A stretch of 64,000 nt of DNA, taken from a virus. How positions within the stretch are numbered: position 1 is the first letter of the stretch; each line of letters starts with the position of its first letter. The position numbers and the translations under genes are program-made. The stretch spans positions 39,808 through 103,807 of the IMG/VR virus record IMGVR_UViG_3300043411_001118; one strand, 5' to 3'. Positions 55,341-64,000 of the stretch are shown here, one piece after another. The notes under the pieces are model-generated. The model did no database searches. It saw nothing but the letters and a program-made list of their open reading frames with translations, and was not told the origin of the DNA.

Positions 55341-55754
55341 TTATAGATCTCCCGATGGCCAAGTAAATCCGACTCGCTTAAGATTCAAAATAATTGTATA
55401 TCCGCTAGCTGCCGTGAAATTTCTCGTTGACAGAAGAATGTCGCCTGTTGGAGTGACCGAATTATCCGGAATTGGTGCGGCCATTTCTTCATCTAATCGG
55501 AGCATCCCATCACCACTTAACACAACGGCGGTTGCATCGGTTGCACCGTCAAACGTCAATACAACAGAACCACCAGTAATGTTGTATGCAATTTTATTGA
55601 TATTAAATTTTGCGCCAGCTTGGTGTCCTGTGAATGTTGAAGCATCAACTTTCAAGACGCTAGCTTCACCAGTTCCATCCGAAACGTTGGTTAGTTTCAA
55701 GACGACCGTACTTGGATTTTGTTTCAAGACCTGTGTGGTTACGACATCAGCCAT
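55341..55754 (-). CDS. Conserved virion protein of the head operon
   Basis: MAD.VT.Q, N.SDGTGE..V.KVD.S. Confidence 0.7.
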   Translation of the reverse strand: MADVVTTQVLKQNPSTVVLKLTNVSDGTGEASVLKVDASTFTGHQAGAKFNINKIAYNITGGSVVLTFDGATDATAVVLSGDGMLRLDEEMAAPIPDNSVTPTGDILLSTRNFTAASGYTIILNLKRVGFTWPSGDL

Positions 55755-55755
55755 T

Positions 55756-56157
55756 TTAGTTTTTCACCGAGCTAAAAGCGAATTCCAACATTTTTAAAAA
55801 TCCACCTTTACCAGATGAAACTTTCTCAACAAAAACTCCACGATTTTTTTCACTCTTGAAGGCTTCATAGACTTGAACCAGCGCACCCGCACTGATCGAA
55901 TCTACGTCCATTGAAGAACCGTCCTTGAATTTTACCTGAGATGTTTTGTGAGTCTCTGAAATACTCTTAAGATCTGAAATGACATCTTCAGTTAGACTTG
56001 GTTTACCAAAAAGATTTTGAGCAACATTTCTTTTAAGTTCAGAAATTCTTAGTGCAATCTTATCTCGGAGAACTGAATGAACAGCTTCTCGAACACCACT
56101 GGCATCTTTTTTTCTTGCACAGTTAACAATATTTTCTAATTTCGACTGATTCTTCAT
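55756..56157 (-). CDS. Prohead core protein (gp67/gp68-like)
   Basis: Synteny between gp20 and gp21; internal LTE site. Confidence 0.6.
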   Translation of the reverse strand: MKNQSKLENIVNCARKKDASGVREAVHSVLRDKIALRISELKRNVAQNLFGKPSLTEDVISDLKSISETHKTSQVKFKDGSSMDVDSISAGALVQVYEAFKSEKNRGVFVEKVSSGKGGFLKMLEFAFSSVKN

Positions 56158-56158
56158 C

Positions 56159-56305
56159 TTACTTCTCTCTTGATTTTGGTTTTTCGGTCACAGGCTTTTC
56201 GATCACAGGTTTAACTGCTTCTTTCTTGACTTCCTTTTGCGGAACTTCTTTTGGTTGCTCAGAACCAACATAAGGCGTTCCAGAATATCCACCACGTCTT
56301 TCCAT
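56159..56305 (-). CDS. Small charged protein (48 aa, not in ORF track)
   Basis: MERRGGYSGTPYVGSEQPKE...; ATAAATA and GAGG upstream. Confidence 0.55.
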   Translation of the reverse strand: MERRGGYSGTPYVGSEQPKEVPQKEVKKEAVKPVIEKPVTEKPKSREK

Positions 56306-56324
56306 ACGATTTCCTCTTTGTTAT

Positions 56325-59300
56325 TTATTGTTTATCATCGTCAAGGTCTTCATCGATCACATCTAAAAACTCGAAGTCTCTATCAGAAACGGAAATCTCC
56401 TTTTCGTCGGATTCTTCCGACTCATCAGAATCGTCCTGGAAATCTTCATCCGATTCCTTCGATTCTGGACCACTTTCAACAGTCTCTTGATCACCAGCAA
56501 ACCCAAGTTCTTTTGGTGAATCGTCCTGATCCAATTGTTCAGTATTTTGATCTCCACCAATTTCTTCTAATTCTTCCTCAGTCAATTTGAAAAAATTCTT
56601 CTTAACGAATTCTTTTGAAATGTATCCTTCGGTGATAGGATTTTCGACACCAGCTTCTTTGGCTAAGGTAAGTCTTTCTCGCCAAATCTCAGCCTCTTTT
56701 AATTCTGAAAAATACGAGTCGGTTGCCCACTCATAAACAATTTTCGATTCATTCTCTTCCCAATCTTCCTCACTAACGATATTTTTTAATATGGATTGAA
56801 TTCGTAGTGGTTGATTAAAAAATTGTGTTGCGAATGAATTTCTTAGTTGATTGATGAAGCGCGAAAATTTTAATTCCTCTCTAGTAATTTCTGATGCTCG
56901 ACCAATTGAGAATCCATTTTCTGGATCGAGTCTCATTGTCGGAACGTTTAATGAGTTGTAGAATTTTTTCTTGAAGTAGTTTACGTCTTCTATTTCTCCG
57001 AGATTTGAATTGTTTGTGAATACTCCTACATCTAGAGCGAAGTTATGAAATGAGTGATATTGCTCATCAACATCTATCGTTAATGTTCCTACTTCGATTT
57101 TTTGTGGTAGAAATTCAATGCTCACAATTTTGTGATTATATAATTCTACTTCTTTTCTAAATTGTTTCCATCCAGAGTAACCAAATTTCTTCACAAGTTT
57201 GTAAAGGTGGGTGTGTTTAAATTGGTCGTTATTCCAATTTGCACAATGAGTATCTTTGTTGATATCAATGAAGTGTTGTAAAATGATTTTGTTTTGATTT
57301 AATTCTGTTGTGACATCATGAATCGTTGTGTGGTGTGTGGTTTTTCCAGAACAAATTTTAACGACAGCATCTAAAATGGTTTTGTCTAGAACGATGCGCT
57401 GATGTTCAAAAACCAAGTCTTTAAATTTCTTATCAGAAAATCTAGTTTTGCCTCGGATCGAATGTGCGGCACAAAGTTCTTTGTATTTTTCAGTACCCTT
57501 AAACTTACTCCATCCATTTCGTATTGATTTAGAAAATTCTTTGCGAAATTTTGGATCTGTCTTTAAGAGATCCTGGGTACGTGCATTTCCTAGTTTTCCA
57601 CTTTTCTTACATTTGATACGATGTTGTTCTAAATCGTTTCCGGTTAGATTTTGATAGTGTTTCTTAATTCCTTTTTGCATTTTTTGGCGAATACTCTTTC
57701 GTTCTTTTGTAGAAAGAGAAGCCCACCAAGACGAGGATCGTTTAGAAAGTTCCTTAGTATATTGCTCCCACATAACAGGATCGGATTTCATTTTTTCGAA
57801 TGCCAATCGAGCTAATTCTGTGGCTTGTTCTTGTTGTTCTTTAGTCTTAAATCCTAAAGATCCATGATACAACATATGATCTGTTGTGTTCATCCATCGA
57901 AGATTTTCTGGGCTATTATTAAATCGATTAAAATCTAAGTGGTGAACAACATGCTTAGATAATTTACTCGTCTCTGGATCGAAAACCATTTCATAAATTT
58001 CACCTTTTGTGCGGAAATATTCGGCAACCATTCGATGTGTAGAAACCCATTTTTTGTTATGGTTTTGATAGATCCATTCGTAATTATTTTTACTTGAACG
58101 AATTGGTGCATGTTTGGTATTGTGGGCAATTAAGCTTTCACCAACCAAAAGATCCTTTGCCTCAACACTTCCCTTTCCGATAATTGGAAATTTGTGATCG
58201 GGAGTACAGATAATTTCTTTACCATTGTCGAGTGTGAGTTTAAGAACGTTGGCACTCTTATGAGTCACACCAGCCCAACTAATTTTTCCAGGGACGATCT
58301 CACCTGTTTCTGGGTTAGTGCTATACGACCAATTTAATTTTCCTTGTTTATACTCATCAGCTAGATCTCGAATTGTTAACGTTCGTCCATCAAGCAGAGG
58401 AACTTTCGTATCCATAGCAAGACAACCACCAGGGAGAGTGTCGATTTCCGTTGCGGTACTTCCACCCTTTCGCGGAATCCAAAAATCTTCTGTCATGGCC
58501 TGAATTCTTCGTTGTGAATTGACACCACCATCAGATGAATCGTAAGAAATTTTATTTTTGAACTTAGTCATCATTTCGCGCATGTGTGATTCGACATGGA
58601 TATTTTGCATATCTCCAATATCGATATAAAACACACGTCTTTCCGGCGCTCTTGAGAGTCGATAGATAACAACCGAATCTTCCATCTCTCGGAGTTTAGT
58701 CCAAGGTCGGTATGCTTTATCTAAGTGAGAAATAATTTTCTGTGCGCGAACATCTAACTTTCCTGAGTGAACATAGATGATCGAATTGACATCCAGGATG
58801 GTTCCCGATGTGGACATTGTGTTAGTTGAAGATGGTGTATTCAGTAGTCCAACAGGATTGAAAACGAAATATTCTCTTTCGGTTTTATATACAGATACTC
58901 CAGTGCTAGAAACGTCTTTTGAAACTTCTCTAATTTTTGCAATTTGTCTTGGATCAATGAATCGAATTTCTTGAATTCCTTCTTTGATGTTGTCTTGGTT
59001 TACGACAATATGAAAATAACTTTTTCCGTCGATGTAGTTTGTTCTGAACAGTAGGTGCGCGTCTCGATTGTAATTTACTAGTCCACAAATATATTCAAAT
59101 TCTTCAGTAAGAATTTTTTTAACATCGTCACTAAAATTTGTTTTGTCTAAATTTATTGAGGTTGGACCCTCGTTATCTTCATGGACGATTGCATCGTTAA
59201 CGACTTCAGAAATGGCCCGATCACAATCGGCATCCATTGACATCATTCGATATCGAGAAATTAATTCTGCCTCTGTTCCGTAAATTCCAGACTCTAGAAG

Positions 59301-59453
59301 TGGAAGAAAGCTAGTGATCAATCCACCGGAACTGATTCCAGCATCGATGGTGACAGCACCATCGTTAGACATCTGTGGAACAACAGAAACTGCTTTTTTC
59401 TCTTTTACTTTGAGAGAGAATGCATTTCGGATGAACCCGAAAAAATCAGCCAT
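56325..59453 (-). CDS. gp20: Portal vertex protein containing an intein
   Basis: EDSVVIYRLSRAPERRVFYID, EDFWIPR, GRASEITREE.KF. Confidence 0.97.
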   Translation of the reverse strand: MADFFGFIRNAFSLKVKEKKAVSVVPQMSNDGAVTIDAGISSGGLITSFLPLLESGIYGTEAELISRYRMMSMDADCDRAISEVVNDAIVHEDNEGPTSINLDKTNFSDDVKKILTEEFEYICGLVNYNRDAHLLFRTNYIDGKSYFHIVVNQDNIKEGIQEIRFIDPRQIAKIREVSKDVSSTGVSVYKTEREYFVFNPVGLLNTPSSTNTMSTSGTILDVNSIIYVHSGKLDVRAQKIISHLDKAYRPWTKLREMEDSVVIYRLSRAPERRVFYIDIGDMQNIHVESHMREMMTKFKNKISYDSSDGGVNSQRRIQAMTEDFWIPRKGGSTATEIDTLPGGCLAMDTKVPLLDGRTLTIRDLADEYKQGKLNWSYSTNPETGEIVPGKISWAGVTHKSANVLKLTLDNGKEIICTPDHKFPIIGKGSVEAKDLLVGESLIAHNTKHAPIRSSKNNYEWIYQNHNKKWVSTHRMVAEYFRTKGEIYEMVFDPETSKLSKHVVHHLDFNRFNNSPENLRWMNTTDHMLYHGSLGFKTKEQQEQATELARLAFEKMKSDPVMWEQYTKELSKRSSSWWASLSTKERKSIRQKMQKGIKKHYQNLTGNDLEQHRIKCKKSGKLGNARTQDLLKTDPKFRKEFSKSIRNGWSKFKGTEKYKELCAAHSIRGKTRFSDKKFKDLVFEHQRIVLDKTILDAVVKICSGKTTHHTTIHDVTTELNQNKIILQHFIDINKDTHCANWNNDQFKHTHLYKLVKKFGYSGWKQFRKEVELYNHKIVSIEFLPQKIEVGTLTIDVDEQYHSFHNFALDVGVFTNNSNLGEIEDVNYFKKKFYNSLNVPTMRLDPENGFSIGRASEITREELKFSRFINQLRNSFATQFFNQPLRIQSILKNIVSEEDWEENESKIVYEWATDSYFSELKEAEIWRERLTLAKEAGVENPITEGYISKEFVKKNFFKLTEEELEEIGGDQNTEQLDQDDSPKELGFAGDQETVESGPESKESDEDFQDDSDESEESDEKEISVSDRDFEFLDVIDEDLDDDKQ
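57009..58424 (-). mobile_element. Intein (472 aa) with HNH homing endonuclease
   Basis: LPGG|CLAMDT, block B CTPDH, HNF...FTNN|S; THRMVA...HHLDFNRFNN.PENL. Confidence 0.92.
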
Positions 59454-59487
59454 TTAAAATACCCTAGAACCACGGAATTGTTCTGTG

Positions 59488-59495
59488 TATTTATA
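59488..59495 (-). promoter_or_regulatory. Late promoter TATAAATA for gp20
   Basis: Exact T4 consensus. Confidence 0.8.
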
Positions 59496-59503
59496 GTCTT
59501 TGA

Positions 59504-60070
59504 TTACAAAGTTATTGAAACGGCTTTAGCAGCAATTTCATTCAAACCAATTGGTCTGTGGTAATCAAATCTGAATTCACAGGTAAATTGTTCAACTTGA
59601 TCAACCGATTGCCAACTAACTTCGATAGGAGATAAGTTCTTTGGCCAAATGCCAGTTAATTCATAACCCTTGATTGGATTTCCACTCTTCGAATACTGAA
59701 TCACCATTCCGATACTCTTATAAGAGTTACCAGAAATTCCAGCACCATCAGTTCGAATGTTAGCAACACGATCATTAATTGCATTGTTCCAACGCTCAAG
59801 AGCATTACGAACAGCAAAATCTTCATCGTTCAGAATTGTGACAGTCCACGATTCGTATGTTCGGTCTCCAGCTTCGAAAATTTGACGACCGAAATAATAA
59901 ACAGGAATTTCTCCTAAAACTGCGCCGGGAAGGTTTGCAGACATTCCCTTGAATTTTAGTTGATAGTCTCCAGACGAATCAATTGGGTTAGTGAGGATGA
60001 TATCAAACTGAGTTGGTCTTGCTCCACCACCAGTTAGCATCCCGCGCATTAAATCGACATTATGAGACAT
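59504..60070 (-). CDS. gp19: Tail tube protein
   Basis: GGARP..F, AGDRTY..WTVT..NDEDF. Confidence 0.95.
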   Translation of the reverse strand: MSHNVDLMRGMLTGGGARPTQFDIILTNPIDSSGDYQLKFKGMSANLPGAVLGEIPVYYFGRQIFEAGDRTYESWTVTILNDEDFAVRNALERWNNAINDRVANIRTDGAGISGNSYKSIGMVIQYSKSGNPIKGYELTGIWPKNLSPIEVSWQSVDQVEQFTCEFRFDYHRPIGLNEIAAKAVSITL

Positions 60071-60100
60071 ATTGGTTCTCCAGGGTTAAATCTTCTCTAG

Positions 60101-60108
60101 TATTTATA
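60101..60108 (-). promoter_or_regulatory. Late promoter TATAAATA for gp19
   Basis: Exact T4 consensus. Confidence 0.8.
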
Positions 60109-60128
60109 TTGAAAATCGTTCTCATTTA

Positions 60129-62018
60129 TTAAAATTGTCCAACCACTTCTGAGAATGAAACGCCCGAACCAACCGCTACGAAGTTCAATCGAATGAAGTT
60201 AATCGAACGACTTGGCTTCAAGTAAATGTCGCCAACGAATTCGTTTCGATCAATGACATCGGATGTGTTGTTGGTGTTATCGCAAACAACATAGAAGTCA
60301 TATAATCCACGCTGAGACTTGACATCTCTCAAGTATGGTTCAACCATGTGTCTGAATTGCGAACGAGTGAAATCATCGTTCAATTCGAACAACATATTGT
60401 GAGCCGCACGAGCAATTGCTTTCTCAAGGATGATAAACAATCTTCGAACATTGATTCGATCAAACGCGCTTGGTTTGCCAAGCATCGTCTTATCACCAAA
60501 TAAAATTGTTCCCTGTCCAGGAAGAACCACAACAGGGTTAATGTCTGCTTGGTAGAGATCTTCTTGTTCAGCTTTAGTTGCTTGGTACGCCAACTTAATA
60601 CAATTCTTGATTCCACCGCGCTCAATTCCCGCTGGAGAAAACCAAGGTTGTCTGTTCATATCAGTCTGAACAATACATCCCGCAACACATGGGTTACATG
60701 GAACCCATCGGTATGTGTCGTTGTATCGGTCTAAACAATAAAACCAGTTAGAATCAATGATCGAATAAGAACTAGACGATACAGAGTTTCTAAAAGATTT
60801 TGCATCCGTTACTTCAGCACCGGCATTGTTTACAACATCTGCTTGCTCTGGAGATAGACAAACGACAAGATCTTTTCTGACTTCGGCGATATCATCAATC
60901 AATGCGATTGCGACTGTAGCAGAAGCAACCCCACCAATTAGAATGGACACATCTACAGAATCGTCCAGGAACAATTCATATCCTTCGATTTTATCTGCAT
61001 CATCTACTGTACTGTTCGATTCAACACCACCAGTCAATTTACTGACTACGGGAATGTTAACCGCTGTTAGAGTTGTTCCGTTAGTGGTCGAACCCCAGTT
61101 TGTTCCAGCAGAATCATGATCCATCCACCAAACATATTCAGAAAGTCTGTTTAGAACTTCCGAATAAAAATTAGATGTTCCATCATCATTCTTTGCACTT
61201 CCACAAAGAGAGAGGAAAGGATATTTTTCGAGAATCTGTCCTTGAACACCAGTCCAAAGTCCACCTTCGTCCGAGACAACTACGTGACACTCATCCGATA
61301 CCATCGAACGAGCAGCCGCATAATCAGATGTTCCTGGAGCAGCAGAAAACTGTTCCGAGAATTCCCATAATGCTGTGCAAGTTGCTCCAGCCAAGTCAAC
61401 AGCAAATGCAGATTTTAGTGTTGCTGTAGTTGCTCCACCAATCGCCGACACCAAACGTCTGTTTCCAGATGCATCAATGAGGTAATCACCAACAGTTAAT
61501 GCCGTGTTAAATGCGGTTCCGATTCCAGTAACAGCCGTTCCAGTAGTCGAAACGGTTCCAGCCAATGCTCTAGAGTTAAATGCTGTAGCAGTAGAACAGA
61601 TCGAAACCTTTAAAGAATTTCCTAGCGTTCCGGCATATTTTCCCGCCCAATTTCCAACCGCACCCTGACCAGCCGCATAACTATTGGTGTAGTGTTCTTC
61701 GTTTCGAATCAAAAGACCCGCGCCGTTTGCAGTCGAGTTTTTTGCATTTGCAGCATCGACAACGCGAACTAGTCGAAGTTTGTTTGAGTAAGAAAGAAAG
61801 TTAGCAGCGTTTAAAAATGATACACCACTATCATTGTCTGGTTTACCGAATTTTTTTACTAAAGTTTTTTCACTGTCGATAGTGACAACTTCTAGAACTG
61901 GCCCCCATTTGAATGCACCAACATATCCAGCCGCACTGACACTGATAGTAGGAATTCTATTTGTTAAATCGATTTCGGAGACTTGAACTCCTGGCCTTAA
62001 TTGAAAACTTGAACCCAT
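60129..62018 (-). CDS. gp18: Tail sheath protein
   Basis: PGV.V.EID, WFSPAG..RG, FDRINVRRL, KP.RSINFI.LNF. Confidence 0.97.
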   Translation of the reverse strand: MGSSFQLRPGVQVSEIDLTNRIPTISVSAAGYVGAFKWGPVLEVVTIDSEKTLVKKFGKPDNDSGVSFLNAANFLSYSNKLRLVRVVDAANAKNSTANGAGLLIRNEEHYTNSYAAGQGAVGNWAGKYAGTLGNSLKVSICSTATAFNSRALAGTVSTTGTAVTGIGTAFNTALTVGDYLIDASGNRRLVSAIGGATTATLKSAFAVDLAGATCTALWEFSEQFSAAPGTSDYAAARSMVSDECHVVVSDEGGLWTGVQGQILEKYPFLSLCGSAKNDDGTSNFYSEVLNRLSEYVWWMDHDSAGTNWGSTTNGTTLTAVNIPVVSKLTGGVESNSTVDDADKIEGYELFLDDSVDVSILIGGVASATVAIALIDDIAEVRKDLVVCLSPEQADVVNNAGAEVTDAKSFRNSVSSSSYSIIDSNWFYCLDRYNDTYRWVPCNPCVAGCIVQTDMNRQPWFSPAGIERGGIKNCIKLAYQATKAEQEDLYQADINPVVVLPGQGTILFGDKTMLGKPSAFDRINVRRLFIILEKAIARAAHNMLFELNDDFTRSQFRHMVEPYLRDVKSQRGLYDFYVVCDNTNNTSDVIDRNEFVGDIYLKPSRSINFIRLNFVAVGSGVSFSEVVGQF

Positions 62019-62057
62019 TTGTATTTCTCCAAAGGAAAATTCACTTGTTGCTTGATT

Positions 62058-62064
62058 TATTTAG
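62058..62064 (-). promoter_or_regulatory. Late promoter (CTAAATA) for gp18
   Basis: Intergenic motif followed by GGAG RBS. Confidence 0.65.
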
Positions 62065-62088
62065 GTTTGGGATGATTTGACTTAATTT

Positions 62089-63777
62089 TTAATCAGACTG
62101 AGGATTTACCGGAAACCAAACACACCCATCTGCAACATATGGTTGAGCTTGGTTTGATACCGATCCATCAACATACTCAGAGGAAACTGCAATACATGGG
62201 GTTGCATTCTCTGTTTGTTGCCTTTTATTCTCTCCTACCAGAGAGGATTGAATATTAGTTCCAGAAATTTCTTTGAAATATTTTTGAGTCGAGAACCAAG
62301 AAAAAAGGACCAGACCCATAACCAAATCGTCCGTGGCACCTTTCTGGGCAGCATACCCCTTACCCCGTCTGACAAAGGAAGTTATCTCAGAATATGTGTC
62401 AAAATCCTGGACTATTAAATTATTTTTTTCGACCAGGGTTTGGAAATTTTTACATCCAATTAATTTGACTTGTGTGGTTGTCCTGACCCCAAGTTTTATT
62501 TTAGTTGCAGCATTTCGACCAAATCCTTCGGTGACTTCTTGGCCTTTGGATTGTTTTGTTCCGGTCTTTAGAATATATTCGTACTGTAAATCGTCCGAGA
62601 GAATGTCTGCTACTTGTTTACCAATTGAATTCATTTCGATTAGCACCCATGCATTATTATATCTCCTTGCAACACTTTCGATCACCGTAGGATATTCAAT
62701 TGTCGATATGTTATTGTTTCTATATGTGGCAACTTGTTTGTATGGAATTTGTGTAATGTCAACTACTGAAAGAGCAGAAAAATCTTCTCCAACACCCTCT
62801 CCACTATCAGCCGTTACGACATAGATCGATTTCTCTTTTGGAATTTCATATATTCTTAAATTACCACCATCCTCTAAAGAGATTGGTGTAATGTGAATGA
62901 GTTTTTTAATAACGTGAGACGGTATTAAAGTATTTTTCGCGCCCAAAAATTCGCACTCAAATTCTTGCGCGAACATTTCAGCGGTCATTTTACTAAGCTG
63001 AATTTCTTTCCATTGCTCATCTCGATCTGGATGTTGTGACCAGTGCGCTTCAAATGGAATAAATGCGACACTCTTTCCTGGCAAACTTTTTTTCTTAATT
63101 GCCTCATCCCAAATTTTATAAAACATTTCCATTCCGTTTGTTGTGGAAATAATTATAACCTTGGATGTTGTACCAGATGCAGTTGTTGGAAAAACTGATT
63201 GAAAGAAATCGTGTTGAATTGCTCGATCAACGTGAGCAAATTCATCTAACAGGATACAGTTGTAAGATCCGGATCGTCCAGCATTTCCACTCGTAGAGTC
63301 GGCAATAACAGATGATCCGTTTTCTAATTCAATTCTACTTTTGTTCCATTCGACAATACCCTGTTGTAACCAAAATGGTAAATTTTCATAGGCTCTTGTT
63401 AACCGTCTCAAAACTCCCCGCGCCGAACTTGCTTTGTTCGCTAATACAGCAACGGAATATGCCGGATTAAAAATAATCATCCATAGAAGATAGGAAACAA
63501 CTGTTGTTGATTTTCCCATCTGTCTAGGAATTTTTGCTACGACAAATCGATTGTCATTAATGATCCTGATTAGATCTTCTTGAAACTCATAGAGATCAAA
63601 ATTGATCAAACCACGATCAAGAGAAATTATTTTTACATATTTTTTTATGAAGTAGATCGGGTCTTCCGCGCACTTCATCAATTCGCGGATCTGTTCTTCC
63701 GTAAAATCGATCTTTACTCCAGCGTTCTTTAAACGCTTATTATTTTTGTAGTAAAGTGGGGATGCCCTTGAGAACAT
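62089..63777 (-). CDS. gp17: Terminase large subunit
   Basis: PRQMGKST, LDEFA, QEFEC.F, DDLVM. Confidence 0.97.
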   Translation of the reverse strand: MFSRASPLYYKNNKRLKNAGVKIDFTEEQIRELMKCAEDPIYFIKKYVKIISLDRGLINFDLYEFQEDLIRIINDNRFVVAKIPRQMGKSTTVVSYLLWMIIFNPAYSVAVLANKASSARGVLRRLTRAYENLPFWLQQGIVEWNKSRIELENGSSVIADSTSGNAGRSGSYNCILLDEFAHVDRAIQHDFFQSVFPTTASGTTSKVIIISTTNGMEMFYKIWDEAIKKKSLPGKSVAFIPFEAHWSQHPDRDEQWKEIQLSKMTAEMFAQEFECEFLGAKNTLIPSHVIKKLIHITPISLEDGGNLRIYEIPKEKSIYVVTADSGEGVGEDFSALSVVDITQIPYKQVATYRNNNISTIEYPTVIESVARRYNNAWVLIEMNSIGKQVADILSDDLQYEYILKTGTKQSKGQEVTEGFGRNAATKIKLGVRTTTQVKLIGCKNFQTLVEKNNLIVQDFDTYSEITSFVRRGKGYAAQKGATDDLVMGLVLFSWFSTQKYFKEISGTNIQSSLVGENKRQQTENATPCIAVSSEYVDGSVSNQAQPYVADGCVWFPVNPQSD

Positions 63778-64000
63778 TTATTAACTCGGCTGTTGTTGAG
63801 GCTACAATGACATTGTTCTGAGTGTTATTTACCACCGGAACAGGATTTCCTTCAGACTTGACGGGTAAGGTGCTTCCTTCAGTTTTGTTATTCTTAGCTC
63901 GCATTTCCTTTATTTTTTCGGTTTTTTCTTGGATGGTCAGAAGCTTTTCAGCCGATTCTGCCATCGATTTAATAAGTTTTCCTATCGAGTCATAGGCCAT
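63740..64000 (-). CDS. gp16: Terminase small subunit, C-terminal part (5' end outside window)
   Basis: AY.....LIK, NN...ST.EL; overlaps gp17 start. Confidence 0.8.
   Translation of the reverse strand: MAYDSIGKLIKSMAESAEKLLTIQEKTEKIKEMRAKNNKTEGSTLPVKSEGNPVPVVNNTQNNVIVASTTAELINVLKGIPTLLQK

Noticed and set aside
1-64000. Stop-codon reassignment
   Set aside because: Core genes are full length in code 11 and TAA, TAG and TGA all terminate genes

Overview
A 64-kb segment of a large T4-like (contractile-tailed, lytic) phage genome in standard genetic code, almost entirely on the minus strand. From the right end it carries gp16-17-18-19-20-(67/68)-21-22-23, an early-promoter island, gp3-uvsY-uvsW, a ~630-bp structured non-coding region, gp55-47-ligase-46-45-44-62-regA, a split gp43, uvsX-40-41, a head/internal-protein cassette, primase, class II RNR, a Met tRNA, an ExoI-like nuclease and RNase H. 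Spanins and an LpxR-family gene point to a Gram-negative host. Most notable: (1) a late cassette (15.1-21.4 kb) of proteins with T4 internal-protein-like capsid-targeting N-termini, including two tandem HExxH zincins, next to an Ntn-hydrolase and a modular protein punctuated by gp21-type cleavage sites, which is a candidate injected-effector system; (2) a phage LpxR-type lipid A deacylase; (3) a lysozyme fused to a holin-like membrane domain; (4) an HNH intein in the portal; (5) apparently leaderless transcripts alongside an atypical initiator-like tRNA and peptide deformylase. All calls come from motif recognition by eye; no searches were run.
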